A stretch of 64,000 bases of DNA from a bacterium (GCA_037144045.1 JBAWXN010000001.1:1387-65386); one strand, 5' to 3'; counted from the first letter of the stretch, positions 43,111 to 52,726 are shown. Notes: generated by a model not told the origin, from the letters alone. Numbers and translations: made by a program.

Positions 43111-43644
43111 ATGAAAAAGAACACTCATCACAAGGGATTTGTTATATTGTTTACGATTCTTATTGCAGCCATTATTATGGTGATTGGTCTTGGTATTTAT
43201 TCAATTGCATCACGGGAAACCGTGCTTTCAGGTACGGCTCGCGAAGCTCAATATGCGTTTTATGCTGCTGATGCAGGAGTGGAATGTGCGCTTTATGCAC
43301 AAAATCAAGACAATACTACGGCAAATCCCAAATTGTACGATCCTAACCTTAGTGTTGGGCCTTACTTTAACTGTGGTGCAGCTTTGGTTGCAATTTCTGG
43401 ACAAGGAACTCTTGCGAGTCCTTTTACTATGAACATAGTAGTGGATACTAATCATAAAACGTGTGCCAAAGTAAGTGTTTTTGAATCAGGTTCAACTCGA
43501 CGTATCATTTCTCAAGGATATAACTTGTGTAATATTTCAACAGGGTTACCCCTCCTTTCAAACCCTATTCTTGTAGAACGTGACTTGGATACTCGGTATA
43601 ACATTACGGGCGGAAACCTTTCTGCGACCGGAACTAATCCGTAA
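43111..43644 (+). CDS. minor pilin (PilX-like)
   Basis: MKKNTHHKG|FVILFTILIAAIIMVIGLGIY...EAQYAFYAADAGVE. Confidence 0.65.
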   Translation: MKKNTHHKGFVILFTILIAAIIMVIGLGIYSIASRETVLSGTAREAQYAFYAADAGVECALYAQNQDNTTANPKLYDPNLSVGPYFNCGAALVAISGQGTLASPFTMNIVVDTNHKTCAKVSVFESGSTRRIISQGYNLCNISTGLPLLSNPILVERDLDTRYNITGGNLSATGTNP

Positions 43645-43663
43645 TATGGTATACTAGGCTTAT

Positions 43664-45679
43664 ATGGCAACGTCCCATCGGATTTCTCAACTTAAAAAAC
43701 TCATTGCACATCACGCAGAGCAGTATCACACCCATGATGCGCCAGAAATTTCTGACGAAGCATACGACGCTTTGGTGCGTGAACTCATCTCCTTAGAAGG
43801 GGATTTTTCTGGTTCGTCGCCAAGTCAAAAGGTGGGAGGTAAAATCCTTGAAGGATTTACTAAAACAAAACACTTATTACCGCAATGGTCGTATGATAAT
43901 GTATTTGGTTTTAACGAATTAAAACAATGGGATGAACGTAATAGAAAAATATTAGAAAAGGAAGGTAGTACCCTTGCACGAGCACCATGGAAATACTGTT
44001 GCGAACTTAAAATTGATGGACTTAAAATTGTGCTTACGTATAACCATGGCGAATTACAAGTAGGTGCAACACGGGGCGATGGAGTGGTCGGTGAAGATAT
44101 TACTGAAAACATTCGCATGATTCAAACGATTCCGCAAAGGATTGCTGATAAGCGACATTTAGTAATAGTAGGCGAGGTGTGGATGAAGAAGAGTGATTTG
44201 GAAATGATAAATACCGAGCGGCAAACCGCAGGTTTGCCGCTCTATGCAAATCCTCGTAACCTTGCCGCTGGAACATTACGACAACTAGACACTTCAATTG
44301 TTGCGGCACGTGACCTACAAGTATTTTGTTACGATATTGATGTACTTGGAGAGCGTAATGCTTTTCCAACACATCACAAAGAACTTGAACATCTTAAAAA
44401 ATTAGGATTTCAAGTAAATCAAGAAACAAAAATAGTTACCACGTTACAAGACATTGAGCACTTTGTTGAACAGTGGATTCCGCTCAGGAATCATGAAGAA
44501 TACGCAGTGGATGGAGTAGTTATTAAACTTGATGGTACGTCATTACGCGAACCGCTTGGTTATACTGCAAAATCACCTCGATTTGGAGTTGCATATAAAT
44601 TTCCCGCAGAAGAAGTTACTACTATTGTCGAGAATATCGATATTCAAGTAGGGCGCACCGGGGTGCTTACTCCAGTAGCGCATGTGCGACCTGTGTTAGT
44701 TGCAGGTTCTACCGTTTCGCGGGCTACATTACATAACCAAGACGAAATTGATCGACTCGATGTACGTATTGGTGACACGGTAATTTTACGTAAAGCAGGG
44801 GATATTATCCCTGAAATTTTGGAAGTGGTTACAGAACTTCGTCCTCAAAAGACAAAAAAATACACTATTCCTAAAGAATGTCCGGTGTGTGGCACTTTGG
44901 TTTCAAAAAAAGTTGGAGGATTAGGTGATGATTCGGTGGCATTATATTGTACGAATCGTAAATGTCCGGCTCAGTCATTGGAAAACCTCATCCATTTCGC
45001 ATCGAAAAAAGCGATGAATATTGTTGGAATGGGTGAAAAAATTGTTGAAAAATTAGTTGATCAAGGACTTGTTCAGACGTTTGCAGATATTTACTCTTTA
45101 AAAAAATCTGATTTAGAATCACTTGAAAAATTTGGTGACCTTTCTGCTTCAAACATTATTCAATCAGTTGAAGCAAGTAAAAAAACAACGCTTTCAAAAT
45201 TCTTGTTTGCGTTAGGAATTCATCATGTAGGTGAAGAAACAGCAGACTTGATTGCCGGATTATATTCATGGAAAACCAATAAAGAGTTATTTAAAAAAAT
45301 AATTTCTACGAGTAATGCTGATCTTATGGTGATTAACGGAATCGGAAAAACGGTAGCGGAGTCATTTGTTGATTACGTCAATGATTCAGAACGACAGCAG
45401 GTTATTGCGCAGTTGTTTGAAATACTTACCTTCGCACAAATTGAAGCGGCGAGTCAAACATTTATTGGAAAAACTTTTGTAGTAACTGGTACTCTTGAAA
45501 CATTATCACGTGATGAAGTTAAGGCGCTCATTAAATCGCATGGGGGCAAGGTTGCGTCAGCAGTCTCAAAAAATACTGATTATGTTGTGGCAGGGGAAAG
45601 TGCTGGGTCCAAATATGATGAGGCAGTACGGTTAGGGGTGGCTATTATTTCCGAGCAAGAATTCAAAAAAATGCTATAA
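43664..45679 (+). CDS. ligA: NAD-dependent DNA ligase
   Basis: adenylation motif KIDG, OB fold, Zn finger CPVCG...C, HhH repeats and C-terminal BRCT. Confidence 0.93.
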   Translation: MATSHRISQLKKLIAHHAEQYHTHDAPEISDEAYDALVRELISLEGDFSGSSPSQKVGGKILEGFTKTKHLLPQWSYDNVFGFNELKQWDERNRKILEKEGSTLARAPWKYCCELKIDGLKIVLTYNHGELQVGATRGDGVVGEDITENIRMIQTIPQRIADKRHLVIVGEVWMKKSDLEMINTERQTAGLPLYANPRNLAAGTLRQLDTSIVAARDLQVFCYDIDVLGERNAFPTHHKELEHLKKLGFQVNQETKIVTTLQDIEHFVEQWIPLRNHEEYAVDGVVIKLDGTSLREPLGYTAKSPRFGVAYKFPAEEVTTIVENIDIQVGRTGVLTPVAHVRPVLVAGSTVSRATLHNQDEIDRLDVRIGDTVILRKAGDIIPEILEVVTELRPQKTKKYTIPKECPVCGTLVSKKVGGLGDDSVALYCTNRKCPAQSLENLIHFASKKAMNIVGMGEKIVEKLVDQGLVQTFADIYSLKKSDLESLEKFGDLSASNIIQSVEASKKTTLSKFLFALGIHHVGEETADLIAGLYSWKTNKELFKKIISTSNADLMVINGIGKTVAESFVDYVNDSERQQVIAQLFEILTFAQIEAASQTFIGKTFVVTGTLETLSRDEVKALIKSHGGKVASAVSKNTDYVVAGESAGSKYDEAVRLGVAIISEQEFKKML

Positions 45680-45742
45680 AAATACCTTGTTTATAGAGGG
45701 TATTTTTTATGCAAAAAAGCTCAAATATGCTAGGATAAACCC

Positions 45743-46021
45743 ATGATTACTTCAGAAGAAATAAAGAAATTGGCGCATTTGGCACGTATTTCAGTAACAG
45801 ATGACGAAGTTGCTGCGTACGCTAAGGATTTCGAGGCTATTTTAGGTTATGTTGATCAAATTAATAATGTGAATGTTTCAGAACTTGAAACCGTAACGAT
45901 TCAAGACAATATTGCCCGTCTCGATGAAAATCCACATGAACCAGGACATTATGTAACAGGAATGCTAGCAGATGCACCTGAATCACAGGATGGATTTTAT
46001 AAGGTTCCTAAGATTCTCTAG
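45743..46021 (+). CDS. gatC: Asp/Glu-tRNA amidotransferase subunit C
   Basis: ITSEEIKKLAHLARISVTDDEVAAYAKDFEAILGYVDQI. Confidence 0.88.
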   Translation: MITSEEIKKLAHLARISVTDDEVAAYAKDFEAILGYVDQINNVNVSELETVTIQDNIARLDENPHEPGHYVTGMLADAPESQDGFYKVPKIL

Positions 46022-46024
46022 TAT

Positions 46025-47446
46025 ATGATTGATATTACAACACTTACCATTGAACACGCACATGAGTCACTCATGAAAAAAGAAATTTCTGTTAAAGAAC
46101 TTGTTTTTGCCTATACAGAGAATGCAAAAAAGCAAAATCCTGAAATTCATGCATTTCTCGAATTTTTTACTACTGACGATGCAATACACCGAGCCCAGCA
46201 AATGATAGATTCAGGAACGGCTCACGTACTCTGTGGTATTCCTTATGCCGTAAAAGACAATATTTTAGTCGAAGGACATATAGCGAGCGCGTCATCTAAA
46301 ATGCTTGAAAATTATGTTGCAACTTATAATGCAACCGTAATTGATAAATTAAATACTGCGGGTGCCATCTGCATCGGAAGAACTAACATGGATGAATTCG
46401 CCATGGGTTCAAGTACCGAAAACAGTGCCTACGGAGTTACTAAAAACCCTATTGACCCTACGCGAGTACCAGGAGGTTCATCAGGAGGTTCAGCAGCAGC
46501 AGTCGCTATGAATAGCTGTTTGTTTGCACTAGGAACTGACACAGGTGGCTCTATTCGACAACCAGCGGCATTTTGTGGGATTGTAGGTATGTATCCAACG
46601 TATGGATGTGTTTCTCGATCTGGATCAATTGCCATGGGATCGTCACTTGACCAAATTGGACCTTTTGCTAAAAATGTTCGCGATGCACAACTCGTACTTG
46701 ATTGCATTAAAGGTGTCGACGTAATGGATGCAACGACATTGAGTAATGAAACTCGAGAACGATTAGCATCTAAAAGTATTAAAAAAGTAATTGGCGTACC
46801 TCGACACTTGCTTAACCTTCAAGGTATTGAGGAAGATGTAAAAGTAAATTTTGAATTAGCGCTTAAAACATTAATCGATGCTGGGTATGAAATTCGCGAT
46901 ATAGAACTACCTCATGCTCATTTAGGACTTGCCGTGTATTACATTGTCATGCCAGCGGAAGTATCATCAAATCTTTCACGATTTGATGGAATGCGCTATG
47001 GACTTCGTAAGTCAGGTGAAAACCTCCTTGATACGTACCTTAATTCACGACATGATGGATTTGGCCCAGAAACACGTCGTCGTATTATGTTGGGAACCTA
47101 TGTACTTTCGGCAGGATATTATGATGCGTATTATACTAAAGCACTTAAAGTACGTGAATTAATTAAAAAAGACTTTGAAAACGTTTTTGCAACAGGGGTC
47201 GATGCAGTACTTACTCCTACGACACCATCAGTAGCATTTAGACCAGGTGAAAAAGTGGATCCGTTATCAATGTACTTAGCTGATATATTTACGGTTACTG
47301 CTAACTTGTGTCATATGCCAGCAATATCAGTACCTTCGGGAATAAATCGGGACGGTATGCCTTTCGGTATTCAATTTACAACATCATGGGGTAAGGAAGA
47401 CAATTTATTCATGGTTGCGAGTGATTTTGAAAAAAACAATAAATAG
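46025..47446 (+). CDS. gatA: Glu-tRNA(Gln)/Asp-tRNA(Asn) amidotransferase subunit A
   Basis: amidase signature GGSSGGSAAAVA, Ser-cisSer-Lys triad context, about 470 aa. Confidence 0.92.
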   Translation: MIDITTLTIEHAHESLMKKEISVKELVFAYTENAKKQNPEIHAFLEFFTTDDAIHRAQQMIDSGTAHVLCGIPYAVKDNILVEGHIASASSKMLENYVATYNATVIDKLNTAGAICIGRTNMDEFAMGSSTENSAYGVTKNPIDPTRVPGGSSGGSAAAVAMNSCLFALGTDTGGSIRQPAAFCGIVGMYPTYGCVSRSGSIAMGSSLDQIGPFAKNVRDAQLVLDCIKGVDVMDATTLSNETRERLASKSIKKVIGVPRHLLNLQGIEEDVKVNFELALKTLIDAGYEIRDIELPHAHLGLAVYYIVMPAEVSSNLSRFDGMRYGLRKSGENLLDTYLNSRHDGFGPETRRRIMLGTYVLSAGYYDAYYTKALKVRELIKKDFENVFATGVDAVLTPTTPSVAFRPGEKVDPLSMYLADIFTVTANLCHMPAISVPSGINRDGMPFGIQFTTSWGKEDNLFMVASDFEKNNK

Positions 47447-47461
47447 GCGATAATAGAAGGC

Positions 47462-48079
47462 ATGGATACTGGAAACGTGCCTTTTATTAATCTCGAATAT
47501 ATATTTGTTAAGATCTATGATTTTTTCATCTACCTTCAAAATGTTCTGGTAACCGGAAGCTTTCTCGCACCTTCTGGTGGAACCAGTGATTACGCTCAAA
47601 GTTTTGGGAATGCCTTTTCATGGCTCGCAACAATTCTTACATTTGCGTTCATTGGATTTATTATCTGGGCAGTATACATTCGTATTAGGGTGTATGAAGT
47701 TGATGAATTACTGAATGGTGCTTATTCATCACATTTCGTAAAGCCAGAAATTGTGGCTAAGCGAATAAATCCAAAATGGGAACAAATTCGTAATCATTTT
47801 GAATCAACGAATCCTAATGATTGGCGCGCTGCAATTATTGACGCAGATGCATTACTTGAAGAACTGGTAACCGGTCTTGGGTATACTGGAGAATCGCTCG
47901 GAGCAAAACTCACATCAATTCGAGTTAATGATTTTCCAACCCTGCAGTCCGCTTGGGAAGGGCATAAAATGCGAAATATTATTGCCCACGAAGGGAGTAA
48001 TTTCACCCTTACAGAACGGCAGAAGGAGATCACGCGAAGGCATTTTGAAGCAGTATTTCACGATGCTGGAGTTATATAA
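47462..48079 (+). CDS. hypothetical membrane-anchored protein
   Basis: one TM helix (LATILTFAFIGFIIWAVYI) then a soluble domain; no recognisable motif. Confidence 0.4.
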   Translation: MDTGNVPFINLEYIFVKIYDFFIYLQNVLVTGSFLAPSGGTSDYAQSFGNAFSWLATILTFAFIGFIIWAVYIRIRVYEVDELLNGAYSSHFVKPEIVAKRINPKWEQIRNHFESTNPNDWRAAIIDADALLEELVTGLGYTGESLGAKLTSIRVNDFPTLQSAWEGHKMRNIIAHEGSNFTLTERQKEITRRHFEAVFHDAGVI

Positions 48080-48099
48080 AACATAGATATAACAAAAAA

Positions 48100-48120
48100 C
48101 TACCCTGCGGTAGTTTTTTG
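48100..48120 (+). terminator. intrinsic terminator (ctacc-ctgc-ggtag + TTTTTT)
   Basis: tetraloop hairpin plus T6. Confidence 0.6.
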
Positions 48121-48127
48121 TTTCTTG

Positions 48128-48198
48128 TTGCGGGGCCCGGATTCGAACCGGGGTCTTCAGGTTATGAGCCTGACGAGATACCATTACTCTACCCCGCG
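48128..48198 (-). tRNA. tRNA-Met (anticodon CAU); C1xA72 mismatch suggests the initiator type
   Basis: Cloverleaf readable on the minus strand: acceptor CGCGGGG/CCCCGCA with a C1-A72 mismatch, anticodon loop CUCAUAA, T-loop TTCGAAT; CCA not encoded. Confidence 0.75.
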
Positions 48199-48259
48199 AT
48201 GCCTCAAAATAATGAGGCTTTCAGTATACTCTTAATAAATTAAAAATCAAGCAATGGTT

Positions 48260-48481
48260 TTATTGTCCTGTCTGTAATTGCTGTTTTGCTGATATGAGTG
48301 CTTCTAGCATTACACGGAGGGTTTCTGATTCTTCATCGGTGGTAATTTTAGTTTTATTACCAAGATGTTGAATTCTTATTTTAAACATCGCATGGGAATC
48401 CTGAAATAAATGATCAAGGTGTTGTTGACTTGATTTATCACGTATTAAGAAAAAACGGGGAGTTAGGGAATAAGTGTTCAT
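48260..48481 (-). CDS. small hypothetical protein (73 aa)
   Basis: ORF only; ends 6 nt after the radC stop. Confidence 0.3.
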   Translation of the reverse strand: MNTYSLTPRFFLIRDKSSQQHLDHLFQDSHAMFKIRIQHLGNKTKITTDEESETLRVMLEALISAKQQLQTGQ

Positions 48482-48486
48482 GGTGA

Positions 48487-49227
48487 TTATTTATTTTCAA
48501 TAATACTTTTAAATCCTTGTTCTGAAACGATAACATGGTCGATCAAATCGATGCCCAGTAGTTTACTTGCTTGGATGAGTTGTTCGGTAATAGTGAGATC
48601 GTCGTTACTCGGTTCTAAATTCCCTGATGGGTGATTATGAACAAGTATTACGGCTGCAGCCGCATATTCGAGAGCAGGACGGAATACTTCACGAGGGTGA
48701 ATAATATTTGCATCAATAGTTCCAATAGAAATAGTTTCATCATGAATTACCTTGTAGTGGCTATTAAGGTAAATACCGCGAAGGTGTTCTTTAGGGAGGT
48801 CACGCATTCCTTTGGTGTATTCATAGACGTCATGCGCCGTGCGAATAATTTTTGCTCCAGTGGGATTGCGTTCAAAGAGACGTTTACCGAGCTCCACTAC
48901 TGCGATAATCTGAGTTGCTTTCCCGAGAGGGATTGATAATTCCTCAGCAAGTTTTTTAGGATTGGTTTCGCGCGTAATACTTCGTTCCCCGTATTCCTTA
49001 AGGATACGGTTGCTCATGGTAATAATGTCTTCGCGTTTAGTACCCAGGTTTAAAATAATTGCCCAGAGTTCTGCAATATTAAGCACAGTAGGACCTTCGC
49101 GGAGAAGTTTTTCCCGAGGTTTTTGATCTACAGGAATATCGCGAATTGTAAGTCGATACGGTTTTAAAACCGTGTTAGTAATAATAGGAACATAGGTTGA
49201 TCGGGTATAGTTCTTTTCCATGCGCAA
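48487..49227 (-). CDS. radC: RadC-like JAB-domain protein
   Basis: HhH N-terminal part plus JAMM motif HNHPSGNLEPSNDDLTIT. Confidence 0.85.
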   Translation of the reverse strand: MRMEKNYTRSTYVPIITNTVLKPYRLTIRDIPVDQKPREKLLREGPTVLNIAELWAIILNLGTKREDIITMSNRILKEYGERSITRETNPKKLAEELSIPLGKATQIIAVVELGKRLFERNPTGAKIIRTAHDVYEYTKGMRDLPKEHLRGIYLNSHYKVIHDETISIGTIDANIIHPREVFRPALEYAAAAVILVHNHPSGNLEPSNDDLTITEQLIQASKLLGIDLIDHVIVSEQGFKSIIENK

Positions 49228-49305
49228 ACTATATCATTTTTTACTCCAAGAAAAAATACCTTGAGAGCCAAGGTTTATTTTTTCTTTATCTTTAGATAAT
49301 TCGTG

Positions 49306-49379
49306 CGCAGCCGAAGGGACTTGAACCCTCAACCTCTCGCGTGACAGGCGAGTGCTCTAACCAGTTGAGCTACGGCTGC
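49306..49379 (-). tRNA. tRNA-Asp (anticodon GUC)
   Basis: acceptor GCAGCCG/CGGCTGC, anticodon loop CUGUCAC, T-loop TTCAAGT. Confidence 0.85.
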
Positions 49380-49450
49380 AATGCTTGGTATCGTATCACA
49401 AACAAGGATAAAAACCAAGAGGTCCTTCCTCGCTCAGGCTACGAAGGACG

Positions 49451-49527
49451 TGGTGTCAGAGGTGGGAGTTGAACCCACGACCTCGGCGTTATGAATGCCG
49501 CGCTCTTACCAACTGAGCTACTCTGAC
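49451..49527 (-). tRNA. tRNA with CAU anticodon (elongator Met or lysidine-modified Ile2), CCA encoded
   Basis: acceptor GTCAGAG/CTCTGAC, D-loop AGTTGGTAA, anticodon loop UUCAUAA with an A31-C39 mismatch in the stem, T-loop TTCAACT, genomic CCA. Confidence 0.8.
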
Positions 49528-49596
49528 AAGAACTCCAGTATACTTATTTTCTTGAAAATTTCAAGATTTGTGGTACGATGACTTGGCGTTTGAAGT

Positions 49597-49669
49597 GCCG
49601 TTGTAGCTCAGCTGGTAGAGCACGTCATTGGTAATGACGAGGTCTCGGGTTCGATTCCCGACAATGGCT
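49597..49669 (+). tRNA. tRNA-Thr (anticodon GGU)
   Basis: acceptor GCCGTTG/CAATGGC, anticodon loop UUGGUAA, T-loop TTCGATT. Confidence 0.85.
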
Positions 49670-49695
49670 CAATTTTCCTAAAATACAAAGACTTG

Positions 49696-49995
49696 CTAAG
49701 CAGCAAGTCTTTGTTCGTCTTCTTCAGGCACGTATTCAAATCGTGACTCCGTTTTCCCTTTGTGGTAACTAATAGTAAGGACTGCTTTGCGGGCACGAGT
49801 CTCGTTTTCTAGAATGTCAGTTCCCGTAATAACATAAGTACAATTTTCCGGAGTCGCGCAAGTCTTTGAATAGTTGAGTGCGTGAAATTCTCGATGAAGG
49901 TCCTCATGATGAATAAGTTCTCCAAATACTTCTCGAGGCATATTGGTTCGAGTAAGCTTATTTTCGTTATGTGCAAATGGTTCAAATAGTTCCAT
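49696..49995 (-). CDS. hypothetical protein (99 aa)
   Basis: ORF only. Confidence 0.3.
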   Translation of the reverse strand: MELFEPFAHNENKLTRTNMPREVFGELIHHEDLHREFHALNYSKTCATPENCTYVITGTDILENETRARKAVLTISYHKGKTESRFEYVPEEDEQRLAA

Positions 49996-50114
49996 AGAAT
50001 AATAATATCACAGCAGTATAATATATTAAATATTTTATAGAGTTAATGAGGTATTTGACGCTGGATTGCCTTTTGGTAGTGTTTCCTATAGTATGAATTT
50101 AAATCTTAATAAGA

Positions 50115-50660
50115 ATGAAACAAATTACTTTTATTACTGGTAATCCTGGTAAAGCTGAACGTATTCGTAAGCATCTTCCTATAGAATTACTCCATCAAGC
50201 AATAGATTTAAATGAAATCCAATCGCTTAACTTACAAGAAGTAGCTGGACACAAGGCTCAAGAAGCGTACAAATTCGTACAGGGACCAGTTCTTGTTGAA
50301 GACGTTTCCTTAGTGTTTAATGCATTAGGTGCTTTACCGGGACCACTTATTAAATGGTTCCTGAAAGAATTGGATAACCCAGGTTTGTGTAAATTACTAG
50401 ATGGGTATACTGATCGGTCTGCGGTGGCAAAAGTATGTTTCGCATTATTTGACGGGAAGGAAACATATTTTTTTGAAAACGAACGATCAGGTACTATTGT
50501 GCTCGAACCAAGAGGTAAAAAACTATTCGGTTGGGATACTATTTTCGTTCCAGATGGTTATGAAAAAACCTGGGGTGAAATGACAGAAGAAGAAACCGTT
50601 CCCAGTTCGATGCGTCGTCCAGCACTTAAGAAACTTCAAGAATTTCTTACTACAACATAA
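50115..50660 (+). CDS. non-canonical purine NTP pyrophosphatase (Ham1/RdgB/ITPase family)
   Basis: ITFITGNPGKAERI...E..ETY.ENA..KA motif pattern, about 180 aa. Confidence 0.8.
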   Translation: MKQITFITGNPGKAERIRKHLPIELLHQAIDLNEIQSLNLQEVAGHKAQEAYKFVQGPVLVEDVSLVFNALGALPGPLIKWFLKELDNPGLCKLLDGYTDRSAVAKVCFALFDGKETYFFENERSGTIVLEPRGKKLFGWDTIFVPDGYEKTWGEMTEEETVPSSMRRPALKKLQEFLTTT

Positions 50661-50671
50661 TTACAAATAAG

Positions 50672-50697
50672 CCACCCGATGAGGTGGTTTTATATTT
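50672..50697 (+). terminator. intrinsic terminator (ccacc-cgatga-ggtgg + T-run)
   Basis: hairpin plus TTTTATATTT. Confidence 0.5.
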
Positions 50698-50740
50698 ATG
50701 GACAAAAAAGTTAAAGCAGGTATGATAGTCTTGTTTCCAA

Positions 50741-50816
50741 GCCAAAGTAGCTCAGTTGGTAGAGCACGTCTTTCGTAAAGACGGGGTCGCCGGTTCAATC
50801 CCGGCCTTTGGCTCCA
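50741..50816 (+). tRNA. tRNA-Thr (anticodon CGU), CCA encoded
   Basis: acceptor GCCAAAG/CTTTGGC, anticodon loop UUCGUAA, T-loop TTCAATC, CCA. Confidence 0.85.
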
Positions 50817-50852
50817 AATAAAAACTAGTCGCAATGAGTACGACTAGTTTAT
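50817..50852. terminator. bidirectional terminator (ctagtcg-caatgagta-cgactag flanked by A- and T-runs)
   Basis: 7-bp stem; AATAAAAA upstream and TTTATAGTATT downstream. Confidence 0.5.
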
Positions 50853-50856
50853 AGTA

Positions 50857-51597
50857 TTACCGGTAATGAGTAGTTTTCTTTATAGATGTTACATGGCGCA
50901 TAACGGTCCACATACTTACGTAATTAATCATATAGCGGTAAGCAGTGATAACTATTCCTCCTTGAGCAAATCTGCGTGATGACGTTTCAACTATAACACC
51001 GGGATCATAAGCAATAATCCCTTTTTTCCCAAGCAGGAGTGCGGTGTGTGCATCATCACCATAAAACGCGATGTCGGTGTTGAATCCTCCGATTGATTCA
51101 AGTGCTGATCTGCGAAACCAAGCATTAGCAGCTGGCATGATAGCTCGTGCGTGGAGTACTCGATGAAACAACCAATGGAAGAACCTCATGAGATAATCAG
51201 TAGCAATAATGAGTGCAATACGCAGCGATTTTTTACCATCAAATCTGCACACTCCTGTAATACCTACAACATGTTGATTAGTAAAGTGAGGTAGTGCACT
51301 CGTAATCCAGTCCTTGGGAACAACGCAATCAGCATCAAGTGTTGCAACAATTTCACCGTGTGAGACACGGAGTGCTTTTTGGCGTGCAGCATTAGGTCCT
51401 ACTATAGTTTCGTGAACAAGTATTACATTGGGATACTTTTCTACAATTGCACAGGTCGCATCCGTACTATTATTGTTGCACACAACAATTTCTAGGCCAG
51501 GGTAGTTAAGGGCGCATAAGGAATCGAGGCAGGCCGCAATATAAGCTTCCTCGTTATGGGCCGGAATAAGTATTGAGACAGTGGGTATATATGTCAT
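50857..51597 (-). CDS. family 2 glycosyltransferase
   Basis: VSILIPAHNEEAYIAACLDSL...VVCNNNSTDAT...LDADC GT2 (GT-A, DxD) pattern. Confidence 0.8.
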   Translation of the reverse strand: MTYIPTVSILIPAHNEEAYIAACLDSLCALNYPGLEIVVCNNNSTDATCAIVEKYPNVILVHETIVGPNAARQKALRVSHGEIVATLDADCVVPKDWITSALPHFTNQHVVGITGVCRFDGKKSLRIALIIATDYLMRFFHWLFHRVLHARAIMPAANAWFRRSALESIGGFNTDIAFYGDDAHTALLLGKKGIIAYDPGVIVETSSRRFAQGGIVITAYRYMINYVSMWTVMRHVTSIKKTTHYR

Positions 51598-51655
51598 TGT
51601 TTTTATTTTACCATACCATATTTGAATATAGGAGTAAATTTGCTATGGTAGAGTT

Positions 51656-52345
51656 ATGAACAATGATTTGGCATGGGAACGAGAATATCAAAACCCACAA
51701 TTTTTAACCCTAGGAACCGAGCCTTTGGCAGACGTACGTGATTTTATTAAATGGCTCCGTCGCAAGCAAAAAGTTGATACCACAGAATTTACGGTGCTTG
51801 ACCTTGGGTGTGGTAATGGAAAAAATCTTAATTATATAATCGACCTGTTTGCGAAACAGGGTATCGGGTATGATATTTCGTCAACCGCTATTAACCATGC
51901 ACAGGAACTTGCTGGGACATTGCCAGTTACGTATGAAGTACGTTCAATAAGCGATCCATTTCCATTAGAAAATAAGAGTATTGATTTAGTATTAGATGTC
52001 ACCGCTTCTAATTCATTAAGTGAAGCAGAACGCGCGAAATTTCTGAAAGAAATTTCGCGCGTTCTCAAGCCAGGAAGTTACTGTTTCACTCGCGCACTGT
52101 GTAAGGATGGCGATGATAATGCCAAAAACCTGATTAAAGATTTTCCTGGACTTGAATACGATACTTATGTTCTTGCAGAAACGGGTATTACCGAACGCGT
52201 ATTTTCAAAGCAAGATTTTATTGATACGTACAACTCTTATTTTGAGATTATTGAACTTGAGAAAAAGTCTGGATATCAGCGATGGGGGAATCAGAAATAT
52301 AAACGGAATTACTGGCTTGCGTACTTGAAGATAAAGAAAAACTAA
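51656..52345 (+). CDS. class I SAM-dependent methyltransferase
   Basis: motif I VLDLGCGNGKN, acidic post-I LDVTASN. Confidence 0.7.
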   Translation: MNNDLAWEREYQNPQFLTLGTEPLADVRDFIKWLRRKQKVDTTEFTVLDLGCGNGKNLNYIIDLFAKQGIGYDISSTAINHAQELAGTLPVTYEVRSISDPFPLENKSIDLVLDVTASNSLSEAERAKFLKEISRVLKPGSYCFTRALCKDGDDNAKNLIKDFPGLEYDTYVLAETGITERVFSKQDFIDTYNSYFEIIELEKKSGYQRWGNQKYKRNYWLAYLKIKKN

Positions 52346-52420
52346 ACGATTGGTCACAAGCTTATCAAATCAGGTTCTGTAAATATTGATTACGCCTCAT
52401 TCAGTTATTAGAATAGTGTT

Positions 52421-52714
52421 ATGAATAGTAAGGAGCTAGAAAAGAGAATAAATGACGGAAAAGAAATTTCTCTAAACGAATTAGGAAAATTAATTATCAT
52501 TAAGCAAAAAGAAACAAAGGAAGCAACAAGGCGCTTGATTTTAGGATTAGATAGAAAATTATCAGACGAAATACGTATTGCTAAAGAAGAGGTGGTATAT
52601 AAAGTTGAAGATGTACACATCAAGCTTACTACTAAAATAAATAACGTTGATGCGAAATTTACTCGGAAAACAGATAGTGAAGAAGTGAAAGTAAAAATAC
52701 AAAAACTCGCCTGA
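52421..52714 (+). CDS. hypothetical small coiled-coil protein
   Basis: ORF with a TGA stop inside a terminator hairpin; no motif. Confidence 0.35.
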   Translation: MNSKELEKRINDGKEISLNELGKLIIIKQKETKEATRRLILGLDRKLSDEIRIAKEEVVYKVEDVHIKLTTKINNVDAKFTRKTDSEEVKVKIQKLA

Positions 52715-52726
52715 GGGCGGGTTTTT
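52705..52726 (+). terminator. intrinsic terminator (ctcgcc-tgag-ggcggg + TTTTTT)
   Basis: 6-bp GC stem, tetraloop, T6. Confidence 0.65.

Noticed and set aside
49380-49453. Hairpin (gtccttc...gaaggac) between tRNA-CAU and tRNA-Asp
   Set aside because: Could be a processing or terminator structure but sits inside a likely polycistronic tRNA transcript; insufficient evidence to call
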